Origin: the human T2T-CHM13v2.0 reference genome, Homo sapiens
Assembly: GCF_009914755.1 (NCBI RefSeq)
Contig: NC_060925.1
Reading direction: 5' to 3' (one strand)
Length of the DNA stretch: 64,000 nt
The notes under the pieces are model-generated. The model made no database searches and was not told the DNA's origin. It saw only the letters and a list, made by a program, of their open reading frames with translations. This document shows positions 51,301-64,000 of the stretch, piece after piece (positions within the stretch are counted from its first letter, which is position 1; the number at the start of each line of letters is the position of its first letter). The position numbers and the translations under genes are program-made.

Positions 51301-54300
51301 TTCCAACGAAATCCTCAGAGAGGTCCAAATATCCACCTGCAGATTCTGCAAAAAGTGTGTTTCCAAACTGCTCCACCCAAAGGCATGTTCAGCTCTGTGA
51401 GTTAAACTCAATCATCACAAAGTATTTTCTGAGAATGCTTCTGTCCAGTTTTTACATGAAGCTGTTTCCTTTACTACCGTAGGCCTCAAAGCGTTCCAAA
51501 TCTCCACTTGCAGATACTACGAAAAGGGCGTTTCAACCTGAACTCACAAGGGAAGGTTCAACTCTGTCAGTTGAATGCCAACATCACAAAGAAGTTCTGG
51601 GAATGTTTCTCTTCAGTTATGTGAGTTTTATCCCGTTTCCAACGAAATTCTCAGAGAAGTACAAATATCCACTTGCATATTCTACAAAAAGTGTGTTTTG
51701 AAAGTGCTCCATCAAAAGATATGCTCAGCTCTGTGAGTTAAACTCAATCATCACAAAGAATTTTCTGAGAATGCTTCTGTCTTGTTTTAGGATGAAGTTA
51801 TTTCCTTTACGACGATAGGCCTCAAAGAGGTCCAAATCTCCACTTGCAGATTCTGCAGAAGGAGTGTTTCAAACCTGAACTATCAGACAAAGGTTCAACA
51901 CTGTGAGTTGAATGCAAGCATCACGAAGAAGGTTCTGAGAATGCTTCTGTTTAGATAGGTGAGTTTTCTCCCGTATCCAACGAAATCCTCAGAGAGGTCC
52001 AAATATCCACTTGCAGATTCTACAGAAAGTGTGTTTTGAAACTGCTCCATCCAAAGGAATGTTCAGCTCTGTGAGTTGAACTCAATCGTCACAAAGTGTT
52101 TCCTGGGAATGCTACTGTCTAGTTTTTATGGGCAGTTATATCCTCTGCTGCCATAGGCCTCAAAGCGGTCCAAATCTCCCCTTTCAGATTCTACCAAAAG
52201 TGTGTTTCCAAACGGCTCTATCAAAGGGAATGTTCAACTCTGTGACTTGAATGCAATCATCACAAAGCAGTTTCTGAGAATGCTTCCATGTAGCTTTAAT
52301 GAGCAGATATTTCCTTTTCCACCCCAGGCCTCGAAGCCCTCCAAATGTCCCCTTGCAGATGCTAGAAAGAGAGGGTTTCAAAGCTGCTCTATCAAAAGGA
52401 AAGTACAACTCTGTGAGTTGAATGCAAACATCACAAAGAAGTTCCTGAGCATGCTTCCGTTTAGCTTTCATGGGAAGATTATCCCTTTTCCATCGAAATG
52501 TTCAAAGAGGTCCACATATCCGCTTGCAGATTCCACCGAAAGAGTGTTTCCAAACTGCTGTATCAAAAGGAATCTTCAACTCCGTGAGTTGAATGCAATC
52601 ATCACAAAGAAGTTTCTGACAATGCTTCTCTCTAGTTTTTATGTGAAGATATTTCCTTTTCCACCACAGGCCTGAAAGCGCTCCAAATGTCCACTTGGAG
52701 ACTCTACGAAAAGAATGTTTCAAAACTGCTCTATGAAAAGCAATGTTATACTCTGGGAGTTGAACACAAGCCTCACAAAGGACTTTCTGAGAATGCTTCT
52801 GTTTACTTTTTACGTGAAGATATTCCCGTTTCCAAAGAAATCTTCACAGAGTTCCACCTATCCATTTGCAGATGCTAGAAAAAGAGAGTTTCAAAACTGC
52901 TCTATCAAAAGGAATGTTCAACTCTGTGAGTTGAATGCAGTCATCACAGAGAAGTTTCTGAGAAGGCTTCTGTCTAGATTTTATGTGAAGATATACCCGT
53001 TTCGAACGAAGGCCACAAAGTGCTCCAAATATCCACTTGCAGGTCCTCCAACAAGAGTGTTTCAAACGTGAACTATCAAAGGAAGGTTCAACTCTGGACT
53101 TTGAATGCAAACGTCAGAAAGATGTTTCTGCGAAAGCTTCTGTTTAGTTAGGTGACGTTATCCCGTTTCCAACGAAATCCTCAGAGAGGTCCAAATATCC
53201 ACCTGCAGATTCTGCAAAAAGTGTGTTTCCAAACTGCTCCACCCAAAGGCATGTTCAGCTCTGTGAGTTAAACTCAATCATCACAAAGTATTTTCTGAGA
53301 ATGCTTCTGTCCAGTTTTTACATGAAGCTGTTTCCTTTACTACCGTAGGCCTCAAAGCGTTCCAAATCTCCACTTGCAGATACTACGAAAAGGGCGTTTC
53401 AACCTGAACTCACAAGGGAAGGTTCAACTCTGTCAGTTGAATGCCAACATCACAAAGAAGTTCTGGGAATGTTTCTCTTCAGTTATGTGAGTTTTATCCC
53501 GTTTCCAACGAAATTCTCAGAGAAGTACAAATATCCACTTGCATATTCTACAAAAAGTGTGTTTTGAAAGTGCTCCATCAAAAGATATGCTCAGCTCTGT
53601 GAGTTAAACTCAATCATCACAAAGAATTTTCTGAGAATGCTTCTGTCTTGTTTTAGGATGAAGTTATTTCCTTTACGACGATAGGCCTCAAAGAGGTCCA
53701 AATCTCCACTTGCAGATTCTGCAGAAGGAGTGTTTCAAACCTGAACTATCAGAGAAAGGTTCAACACTGTGAGTTGAATGCAAGCATCACGAAGAAGGTT
53801 CTGAGAATGCTTCTGTTTAGATAGGTGAGTTTTCTCCCGTATCCAACGAAATCCTCAGAGAGGTCCAAATATCCACTTGCAGATTCTACAGAAAGTGTGT
53901 TTTGAAACTGCTCCATCCAAAGGAATGTTCAGCTCTGTGAGTTGAACTCAATCGTCACAAAGTGTTTCCTGGGAATGCTACTGTCTAGTTTTTATGGGCA
54001 GTTACATCCTCTGCTGCCATAGGCCTCAAAGCGGTCCAAATCTCCCCTTTCAGATTCTACCAAAAGTGTGTTTCCAAACGGCTCTATCAAAGGGAATGTT
54101 CAACTCTGTGACTTGAATGCAATCATCACAAAGCAGTTTCTGAGAATGCTTCCATGTAGCTTTTAGGAGAAGATATTTCCTTTTCCACCCCAGGCCTCGA
54201 AGCCCTCCAAATGTCCCCTTGCAGATGCTAGAAAGAGAGGGTTTCAAAGCTGCTCTATCAAAAGGAAAGTACAACTCTGTGAGTTGAATGCAAACATCAC

Positions 54301-57300
54301 AAAGAAGTTCCTGAGCATGCTTCCGTTTAGCTTTCATGGGAAGATTATCCCTTTTCCATCGAAATGTTCAAAGAGGTCCACATATCCGCTTGCAGATTCC
54401 ACCGAAAGAGTGTTTCCAAACTGCTGTATCAAAAGGAATCTTCAACTCCGTGAGTTGAATGCAATCATCACAAAGAAGTTTCTGACAATGCTTCTCTCTA
54501 GTTTTTATGTGAAGATATTTCCTTTTCCACCACAGGCCTGAAAGCGCTCCAAATGTCCACTTGGAGACTCTACGAAAAGAATGTTTCAAAACTGCTCTAT
54601 GAAAAGCAATGTTATACTCTGGGAGTTGAACACAAGCCTCACAAAGGACTTTCTGAGAATGCTTCTGTTTACTTTTTACGTGAAGATATTCCCGTTTCCA
54701 AAGAAATCTTCACAGACTTCCACCTATCCATTTGCAGATGCTAGAAAAAGACAGTTTCAAAACTGCTCTATCAAAAGGAATGTTCAACTCTGTGAGTTGA
54801 ATGCAGTCATCACAGAGAAGTTTCTGAGAAGGCTTCTGTCTAGATTTTATGTGAAGATATACCCGTTTCGAACGAAGGCCACAAAGTGCTCCAAATATCC
54901 ACTTGCAGGTCCTCCAACAAGAGTGTTTCAAACGTGAACTATCAAAGGAAGGTTCAACTCTGGACTTTGAATGCAAACGTCAGAAAGATGTTTCTGCGAA
55001 AGCTTCTGTTTAGTTAGGTGACGTTATCCCGTTTCCAACGAAATCCTCAGAGAGGTCCAAATATCCACCTGCAGATTCTGCAAAAAGTGTGTTTCCAAAC
55101 TGCTCCACCCAAAGGCATGTTCAGCTCTGTGAGTTAAACTCAATCATCACAAAGTATTTTCTGAGAATGCTTCTGTCCAGTTTTTACATGAAGCTGTTTC
55201 CTTTACTACCGTAGGCCTCAAAGCGTTCCAAATCTCCACTTGCAGATACTACGAAAAGGGCGTTTCAACCTGAACTCACAAGGGAAGGTTCAACTCTGTC
55301 AGTTGAATGCCAACATCACAAAGAAGTTCTGGGAATGTTTCTCTTCAGTTATGTGAGTTTTATCCCGTTTCCAACGAAATTCTCAGAGAAGTACAAATAT
55401 CCACTTGCATATTCTACAAAAAGTGTGTTTTGAAAGTGCTCCATCAAAAGATATGCTCAGCTCTGTGAGTTAAACTCAATCATCACAAAGAATTTTCTGA
55501 GAATGCTTCTGTCTTGTTTTAGGATGAAGTTATTTCCTTTACGACGATAGGCCTCAAAGAGGTCCAAATCTCCACTTGCAGATTCTGCAGAAGGAGTGTT
55601 TCAAACCTGAACTATCAGAGAAAGGTTCAACACTGTGAGTTGAATGCAAGCATCACGAAGAAGGTTCTGAGAATGCTTCTGTTTAGATAGGTGAGTTTTC
55701 TCCCGTATCCAACGAAATCCTCAGAGAGGTCCAAATATCCACTTGCAGATTCTACAGAAAGTGTGTTTTGAAACTGCTCCATCCAAAGGAATGTTCAGCT
55801 CTGTGAGTTGAACTCAATCGTCACAAAGTGTTTCCTGGGAATGCTACTGTCTAGTTTTTATGGGCAGTTATATCCTCTGCTGCCATAGGCCTCAAAGCGG
55901 TCCAAATCTCCCCTTTCAGATTCTACCAAAAGTGTGTTTCCAAACGGCTCTATCAAAGGGAATGTTCAACTCTGTGACTTGAATGCAATCATCACAAAGC
56001 AGTTTCTGAGAATGCTTCCATGTAGCTTTAATGAGCAGATATTTCCTTTTCCACCCCAGGCCTCGAAGCCCTCCAAATGTCCCCTTGCAGATGCTAGAAA
56101 GAGAGGGTTTCAAAGCTGCTCTATCAAAAGGAAAGTACAACTCTGTGAGTTGAATGCAAACATCACAAAGAAGTTCCTGAGCATGCTTCCGTTTAGCTTT
56201 CATGGGAAGATTATCCCTTTTCCATCGAAATGTTCAAAGAGGTCCACATATCCGCTTGCAGATTCCACCGAAAGAGTGTTTCCAAACTGCTGTATCAAAA
56301 GGAATCTTCAACTCCGTGAGTTGAATGCAATCATCACAAAGAAGTTTCTGACAATGCTTCTCTCTAGTTTTTATGTGAAGATATTTCCTTTTCCACCACA
56401 GGCCTGAAAGCGCTCCAAATGTCCACTTGGAGACTCTACGAAAAGAATGTTTCAAAACTGCTCTATGAAAAGCAATGTTATACTCTGGGAGTTGAACACA
56501 AGCCTCACAAAGGAGTTTCTGAGAATGCTTCTGTTTACTTTTTACGTGAAGATATTCCCGTTTCCAAAGAAATCTTCACAGACTTCCACCTATCCATTTG
56601 CAGATGCTAGAAAAAGAGAGTTTCAAAACTGCTCTATCAAAAGGAATGTTCAACTCTGTGAGTTGAATGCAGTCATCACAGAGAAGTTTCTGAGAAGGCT
56701 TCTGTCTAGATTTTATGTGAAGATATACCCGTTTCGAACGAAGGCCACAAAGTGCTCCAAATATCCACTTGCAGGTCCTCCAACAAGAGTGTTTCAAACG
56801 TGAACTATCAAAGGAAGGTTCAACTCTGGACTTTGAATGCAAACGTCAGAAAGATGTTTCTGCGAAAGCTTCTGTTTAGTTAGGTGACGTTATCCCGTTT
56901 CCAACGAAATCCTCAGAGAGGTCCAAATATCCACCTGCAGATTCTGCAAAAAGTGTGTTTCCAAACTGCTCCACCCAAAGGCATGTTCAGCTCTGTGAGT
57001 TAAACTCAATCATCACAAAGTATTTTCTGAGAATGCTTCTGTCCAGTTTTTACATGAAGCTGTTTCCTTTACTACCGTAGGCCTCAAAGCGTTCCAAATC
57101 TCCACTTGCAGATACTACGAAAAGGGCGTTTCAACCTGAACTCACAAGGGAAGGTTCAACTCTGTCAGTTGAATGCCAACATCACAAAGAAGTTCTGGGA
57201 ATGTTTCTCTTCAGTTATGTGAGTTTTATCCCGTTTCCAACGAAATTCTCAGAGAAGTACAAATATCCACTTGCATATTCTACAAAAAGTGTGTTTTGAA

Positions 57301-60300
57301 AGTGCTCCATCAAAAGATATGCTCAGCTCTGTGAGTTAAACTCAATCATCACAAAGAATTTTCTGAGAATGCTTCTGTCTTGTTTTAGGATGAAGTTATT
57401 TCCTTTACGACGATAGGCCTCAAAGAGGTCCAAATCTCCACTTGCAGATTCTGCAGAAGGAGTGTTTCAAACCTGAACTATCAGACAAAGGTTCAACACT
57501 GTGAGTTGAATGCAAGCATCACGAAGAAGGTTCTGAGAATGCTTCTGTTTAGATAGGTGAGTTTTCTCCCGTATCCAACGAAATCCTCAGAGAGGTCCAA
57601 ATATCCACTTGCAGATTCTACAGAAAGTGTGTTTTGAAACTGCTCCATCCAAAGGAATGTTCAGCTCTGTGAGTTGAACTCAATCGTCACAAAGTGTTTC
57701 CTGGGAATGCTACTGTCTAGTTTTTATGGGCAGTTATATCCTCTGCTGCCATAGGCCTCAAAGCGGTCCAAATCTCCCCTTTCAGATTCTACCAAAAGTG
57801 TGTTTCCAAACGGCTCTATCAAAGGGAATGTTCAACTCTGTGACTTGAATGCAATCATCACAAAGCAGTTTCTGAGAATGCTTCCATGTAGCTTTAATGA
57901 GCAGATATTTCCTTTTCCACCCCAGGCCTCGAAGCCCTCCAAATGTCCCCTTGCAGATGCTAGAAAGAGAGGGTTTCAAAGCTGCTCTATCAAAAGGAAA
58001 GTACAACTCTGTGAGTTGAATGCAAACATCACAAAGAAGTTCCTGAGCATGCTTCCGTTTAGCTTTCATGGGAAGATTATCCCTTTTCCATCGAAATGTT
58101 CAAAGAGGTCCACATATCCGCTTGCAGATTCCACCGAAAGAGTGTTTCCAAACTGCTGTATCAAAAGGAATCTTCAACTCCGTGAGTTGAATGCAATCAT
58201 CACAAAGAAGTTTCTGACAATGCTTCTCTCTAGTTTTTATGTGAAGATATTTCCTTTTCCACCACAGGCCTGAAAGCGCTCCAAATGTCCACTTGGAGAC
58301 TCTACGAAAAGAATGTTTCAAAACTGCTCTATGAAAAGCAATGTTATACTCTGGGAGTTGAACACAAGCCTCACAAAGGACTTTCTGAGAATGCTTCTGT
58401 TTACTTTTTACGTGAAGATATTCCCGTTTCCAAAGAAATCTTCACAGAGTTCCACCTATCCATTTGCAGATGCTAGAAAAAGAGAGTTTCAAAACTGCTC
58501 TATCAAAAGGAATGTTCAACTCTGTGAGTTGAATGCAGTCATCACAGAGAAGTTTCTGAGAAGGCTTCTGTCTAGATTTTATGTGAAGATATACCCGTTT
58601 CGAACGAAGGCCACAAAGTGCTCCAAATATCCACTTGCAGGTCCTCCAACAAGAGTGTTTCAAACGTGAACTATCAAAGGAAGGTTCAACTCTGGACTTT
58701 GAATGCAAACGTCAGAAAGATGTTTCTGCGAAAGCTTCTGTTTAGTTAGGTGACGTTATCCCGTTTCCAACGAAATCCTCAGAGAGGTCCAAATATCCAC
58801 CTGCAGATTCTGCAAAAAGTGTGTTTCCAAACTGCTCCACCCAAAGGCATGTTCAGCTCTGTGAGTTAAACTCAATCATCACAAAGTATTTTCTGAGAAT
58901 GCTTCTGTCCAGTTTTTACATGAAGCTGTTTCCTTTACTACCGTAGGCCTCAAAGCGTTCCAAATCTCCACTTGCAGATACTACGAAAAGGGCGTTTCAA
59001 CCTGAACTCACAAGGGAAGGTTCAACTCTGTCAGTTGAATGCCAACATCACAAAGAAGTTCTGGGAATGTTTCTCTTCAGTTATGTGAGTTTTATCCCGT
59101 TTCCAACGAAATTCTCAGAGAAGTACAAATATCCACTTGCATATTCTACAAAAAGTGTGTTTTGAAAGTGCTCCATCAAAAGATATGCTCAGCTCTGTGA
59201 GTTAAACTCAATCATCACAAAGAATTTTCTGAGAATGCTTCTGTCTTGTTTTAGGATGAAGTTATTTCCTTTACGACGATAGGCCTCAAAGAGGTCCAAA
59301 TCTCCACTTGCAGATTCTGCAGAAGGAGTGTTTCAAACCTGAACTATCAGAGAAAGGTTCAACACTGTGAGTTGAATGCAAGCATCACGAAGAAGGTTCT
59401 GAGAATGCTTCTGTTTAGATAGGTGAGTTTTCTCCCGTATCCAACGAAATCCTCAGAGAGGTCCAAATATCCACTTGCAGATTCTACAGAAAGTGTGTTT
59501 TGAAACTGCTCCATCCAAAGGAATGTTCAGCTCTGTGAGTTGAACTCAATCGTCACAAAGTGTTTCCTGGGAATGCTACTGTCTAGTTTTTATGGGCAGT
59601 TACATCCTCTGCTGCCATAGGCCTCAAAGCGGTCCAAATCTCCCCTTTCAGATTCTACCAAAAGTGTGTTTCCAAACGGCTCTATCAAAGGGAATGTTCA
59701 ACTCTGTGACTTGAATGCAATCATCACAAAGCAGTTTCTGAGAATGCTTCCATGTAGCTTTTAGGAGAAGATATTTCCTTTTCCACCCCAGGCCTCGAAG
59801 CCCTCCAAATGTCCCCTTGCAGATGCTAGAAAGAGAGGGTTTCAAAGCTGCTCTATCAAAAGGAAAGTACAACTCTGTGAGTTGAATGCAAACATCACAA
59901 AGAAGTTCCTGAGCATGCTTCCGTTTAGCTTTCATGGGAAGATTATCCCTTTTCCATCGAAATGTTCAAAGAGGTCCACATATCCGCTTGCAGATTCCAC
60001 CGAAAGAGTGTTTCCAAACTGCTGTATCAAAAGGAATCTTCAACTCCGTGAGTTGAATGCAATCATCACAAAGAAGTTTCTGACAATGCTTCTCTCTAGT
60101 TTTTATGTGAAGATATTTCCTTTTCCACCACAGGCCTGAAAGCGCTCCAAATGTCCACTTGGAGACTCTACGAAAAGAATGTTTCAAAACTGCTCTATGA
60201 AAAGCAATGTTATACTCTGGGAGTTGAACACAAGCCTCACAAAGGACTTTCTGAGAATGCTTCTGTTTACTTTTTACGTGAAGATATTCCCGTTTCCAAA

Positions 60301-63300
60301 GAAATCTTCACAGACTTCCACCTATCCATTTGCAGATGCTAGAAAAAGACAGTTTCAAAACTGCTCTATCAAAAGGAATGTTCAACTCTGTGAGTTGAAT
60401 GCAGTCATCACAGAGAAGTTTCTGAGAAGGCTTCTGTCTAGATTTTATGTGAAGATATACCCGTTTCGAACGAAGGCCACAAAGTGCTCCAAATATCCAC
60501 TTGCAGGTCCTCCAACAAGAGTGTTTCAAACGTGAACTATCAAAGGAAGGTTCAACTCTGGACTTTGAATGCAAACGTCAGAAAGATGTTTCTGCGAAAG
60601 CTTCTGTTTAGTTAGGTGACGTTATCCCGTTTCCAACGAAATCCTCAGAGAGGTCCAAATATCCACCTGCAGATTCTGCAAAAAGTGTGTTTCCAAACTG
60701 CTCCACCCAAAGGCATGTTCAGCTCTGTGAGTTAAACTCAATCATCACAAAGTATTTTCTGAGAATGCTTCTGTCCAGTTTTTACATGAAGCTGTTTCCT
60801 TTACTACCGTAGGCCTCAAAGCGTTCCAAATCTCCACTTGCAGATACTACGAAAAGGGCGTTTCAACCTGAACTCACAAGGGAAGGTTCAACTCTGTCAG
60901 TTGAATGCCAACATCACAAAGAAGTTCTGGGAATGTTTCTCTTCAGTTATGTGAGTTTTATCCCGTTTCCAACGAAATTCTCAGAGAAGTACAAATATCC
61001 ACTTGCATATTCTACAAAAAGTGTGTTTTGAAAGTGCTCCATCAAAAGATATGCTCAGCTCTGTGAGTTAAACTCAATCATCACAAAGAATTTTCTGAGA
61101 ATGCTTCTGTCTTGTTTTAGGATGAAGTTATTTCCTTTACGACGATAGGCCTCAAAGAGGTCCAAATCTCCACTTGCAGATTCTGCAGAAGGAGTGTTTC
61201 AAACCTGAACTATCAGAGAAAGGTTCAACACTGTGAGTTGAATGCAAGCATCACGAAGAAGGTTCTGAGAATGCTTCTGTTTAGATAGGTGAGTTTTCTC
61301 CCGTATCCAACGAAATCCTCAGAGAGGTCCAAATATCCACTTGCAGATTCTACAGAAAGTGTGTTTTGAAACTGCTCCATCCAAAGGAATGTTCAGCTCT
61401 GTGAGTTGAACTCAATCGTCACAAAGTGTTTCCTGGGAATGCTACTGTCTAGTTTTTATGGGCAGTTATATCCTCTGCTGCCATAGGCCTCAAAGCGGTC
61501 CAAATCTCCCCTTTCAGATTCTACCAAAAGTGTGTTTCCAAACGGCTCTATCAAAGGGAATGTTCAACTCTGTGACTTGAATGCAATCATCACAAAGCAG
61601 TTTCTGAGAATGCTTCCATGTAGCTTTAATGAGCAGATATTTCCTTTTCCACCCCAGGCCTCGAAGCCCTCCAAATGTCCCCTTGCAGATGCTAGAAAGA
61701 GAGGGTTTCAAAGCTGCTCTATCAAAAGGAAAGTACAACTCTGTGAGTTGAATGCAAACATCACAAAGAAGTTCCTGAGCATGCTTCCGTTTAGCTTTCA
61801 TGGGAAGATTATCCCTTTTCCATCGAAATGTTCAAAGAGGTCCACATATCCGCTTGCAGATTCCACCGAAAGAGTGTTTCCAAACTGCTGTATCAAAAGG
61901 AATCTTCAACTCCGTGAGTTGAATGCAATCATCACAAAGAAGTTTCTGACAATGCTTCTCTCTAGTTTTTATGTGAAGATATTTCCTTTTCCACCACAGG
62001 CCTGAAAGCGCTCCAAATGTCCACTTGGAGACTCTACGAAAAGAATGTTTCAAAACTGCTCTATGAAAAGCAATGTTATACTCTGGGAGTTGAACACAAG
62101 CCTCACAAAGGAGTTTCTGAGAATGCTTCTGTTTACTTTTTACGTGAAGATATTCCCGTTTCCAAAGAAATCTTCACAGACTTCCACCTATCCATTTGCA
62201 GATGCTAGAAAAAGAGAGTTTCAAAACTGCTCTATCAAAAGGAATGTTCAACTCTGTGAGTTGAATGCAGTCATCACAGAGAAGTTTCTGAGAAGGCTTC
62301 TGTCTAGATTTTATGTGAAGATATACCCGTTTCGAACGAAGGCCACAAAGTGCTCCAAATATCCACTTGCAGGTCCTCCAACAAGAGTGTTTCAAACGTG
62401 AACTATCAAAGGAAGGTTCAACTCTGGACTTTGAATGCAAACGTCAGAAAGATGTTTCTGCGAAAGCTTCTGTTTAGTTAGGTGACGTTATCCCGTTTCC
62501 AACGAAATCCTCAGAGAGGTCCAAATATCCACCTGCAGATTCTGCAAAAAGTGTGTTTCCAAACTGCTCCACCCAAAGGCATGTTCAGCTCTGTGAGTTA
62601 AACTCAATCATCACAAAGTATTTTCTGAGAATGCTTCTGTCCAGTTTTTACATGAAGCTGTTTCCTTTACTACCGTAGGCCTCAAAGCGTTCCAAATCTC
62701 CACTTGCAGATACTACGAAAAGGGCGTTTCAACCTGAACTCACAAGGGAAGGTTCAACTCTGTCAGTTGAATGCCAACATCACAAAGAAGTTCTGGGAAT
62801 GTTTCTCTTCAGTTATGTGAGTTTTATCCCGTTTCCAACGAAATTCTCAGAGAAGTACAAATATCCACTTGCATATTCTACAAAAAGTGTGTTTTGAAAG
62901 TGCTCCATCAAAAGATATGCTCAGCTCTGTGAGTTAAACTCAATCATCACAAAGAATTTTCTGAGAATGCTTCTGTCTTGTTTTAGGATGAAGTTATTTC
63001 CTTTACGACGATAGGCCTCAAAGAGGTCCAAATCTCCACTTGCAGATTCTGCAGAAGGAGTGTTTCAAACCTGAACTATCAGACAAAGGTTCAACACTGT
63101 GAGTTGAATGCAAGCATCACGAAGAAGGTTCTGAGAATGCTTCTGTTTAGATAGGTGAGTTTTCTCCCGTATCCAACGAAATCCTCAGAGAGGTCCAAAT
63201 ATCCACTTGCAGATTCTACAGAAAGTGTGTTTTGAAACTGCTCCATCCAAAGGAATGTTCAGCTCTGTGAGTTGAACTCAATCGTCACAAAGTGTTTCCT

Positions 63301-63978
63301 GGGAATGCTACTGTCTAGTTTTTATGGGCAGTTATATCCTCTGCTGCCATAGGCCTCAAAGCGGTCCAAATCTCCCCTTTCAGATTCTACCAAAAGTGTG
63401 TTTCCAAACGGCTCTATCAAAGGGAATGTTCAACTCTGTGACTTGAATGCAATCATCACAAAGCAGTTTCTGAGAATGCTTCCATGTAGCTTTAATGAGC
63501 AGATATTTCCTTTTCCACCCCAGGCCTCGAAGCCCTCCAAATGTCCCCTTGCAGATGCTAGAAAGAGAGGGTTTCAAAGCTGCTCTATCAAAAGGAAAGT
63601 ACAACTCTGTGAGTTGAATGCAAACATCACAAAGAAGTTCCTGAGCATGCTTCCGTTTAGCTTTCATGGGAAGATTATCCCTTTTCCATCGAAATGTTCA
63701 AAGAGGTCCACATATCCGCTTGCAGATTCCACCGAAAGAGTGTTTCCAAACTGCTGTATCAAAAGGAATCTTCAACTCCGTGAGTTGAATGCAATCATCA
63801 CAAAGAAGTTTCTGACAATGCTTCTCTCTAGTTTTTATGTGAAGATATTTCCTTTTCCACCACAGGCCTGAAAGCGCTCCAAATGTCCACTTGGAGACTC
63901 TACGAAAAGAATGTTTCAAAACTGCTCTATGAAAAGCAATGTTATACTCTGGGAGTTGAACACAAGCCTCACAAAGGA
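45320..63978. repeat. 3-HOR super-repeat (period 5,598 bp), at least 3 complete copies; ends approximate
   Basis: Variants recur every 5,598 bp: 46290/51888/57486/63084, 47253/52851/58449, 48407/54005/59603, the 3-SNP cluster at 48566/54164/59762, and 49154/54752/60350. The offset-535 allele also cycles C,C,G three times. Confidence 0.92.
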
Positions 63979-64000
63979 GTTTCTGAGAATGCTTCTGTTT

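Larger units (their letters stand above)
1..64000 (-). repeat. Alpha-satellite higher-order repeat array: 11-monomer, 1,866-bp HOR, about 34.3 tandem copies; probably human chr1 SF3 D1Z5/S3C1H2-type
   Basis: Alphoid monomer motifs recur every 165-171 bp (TCAACTCTGTGAGTTGAATGCA, ATCACAAAGAAGTTTCTGAGAATGCTTCT, ATCCACTTGCAGATTCTAC). Near-identical sequence recurs every 1,866 bp; for example the same ORF runs from 254 to 63698 = 254+34x1866. CENP-B boxes read canonically on the minus strand. The alpha-satellite HOR call is essentially certain. The chr1 D1Z5 identity rests on recalled properties (1.9-kb SF3 11-mer) and is less certain, about 0.8. Confidence 0.98.

Noticed and set aside
32-63919. 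About six recurring ORFs per HOR (63-157 aa) on both strands
   Set aside because: They are translations of alpha satellite. The 171-bp monomer is a multiple of 3, so frames stay open across the run of 171-bp monomers and give 57-aa internal repeats such as LCELNA.ITKK. They overlap on both strands, resemble no protein family I recognise, and are freely truncated by variants (units 16, 22, 27, 30, 33).
1-64000. CRISPR-like repeat/spacer array or other prokaryotic system
   Set aside because: There are no unique spacers and no cas or other genes. The whole sequence is tandem 171-bp alphoid monomers.
1-64000. L1, Alu or other mobile element insertion, or strand inversion
   Set aside because: The exact 1,866-bp register and one orientation hold throughout, with no poly-A tails, target-site duplications or foreign sequence.

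Overview
The whole 64 kb window is one uninterrupted, single-orientation array of primate centromeric alpha-satellite DNA. It is a 1,866-bp higher-order repeat (HOR) of 11 monomers, present as 34 complete copies plus a 556-bp partial copy (unit n starts at 1+1866*(n-1)). Monomer spacing, measured between the TTGCAG landmarks from position 105, is 171,171,171,171,166,171,165,171,167,171,171. HOR length, monomer types and one HindIII site per unit best fit the human chromosome 1 suprachromosomal family 3 11-mer (D1Z5/pSD1-1-type, S3C1H2). That assignment comes from recall, not from a database search. Each unit has four CENP-B boxes with an intact 9-bp core and two degenerate ones. I see no genes, transposons, net indels, inversions or monomer-number variants, and every ORF in the track is a satellite translation artefact. 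The informative signal is in the single-base differences between HOR copies. These show a 4-HOR (7,464-bp) tandem duplication, a very recent 3-HOR (5,598-bp) super-repeat, traces of an older 3-HOR periodicity, multi-SNP conversion-like tracts, and three separate CENP-B box knockouts at the same box cytosine. I found no support for a novel protein- or RNA-encoded system. Variants were read by eye, so some may have been missed.
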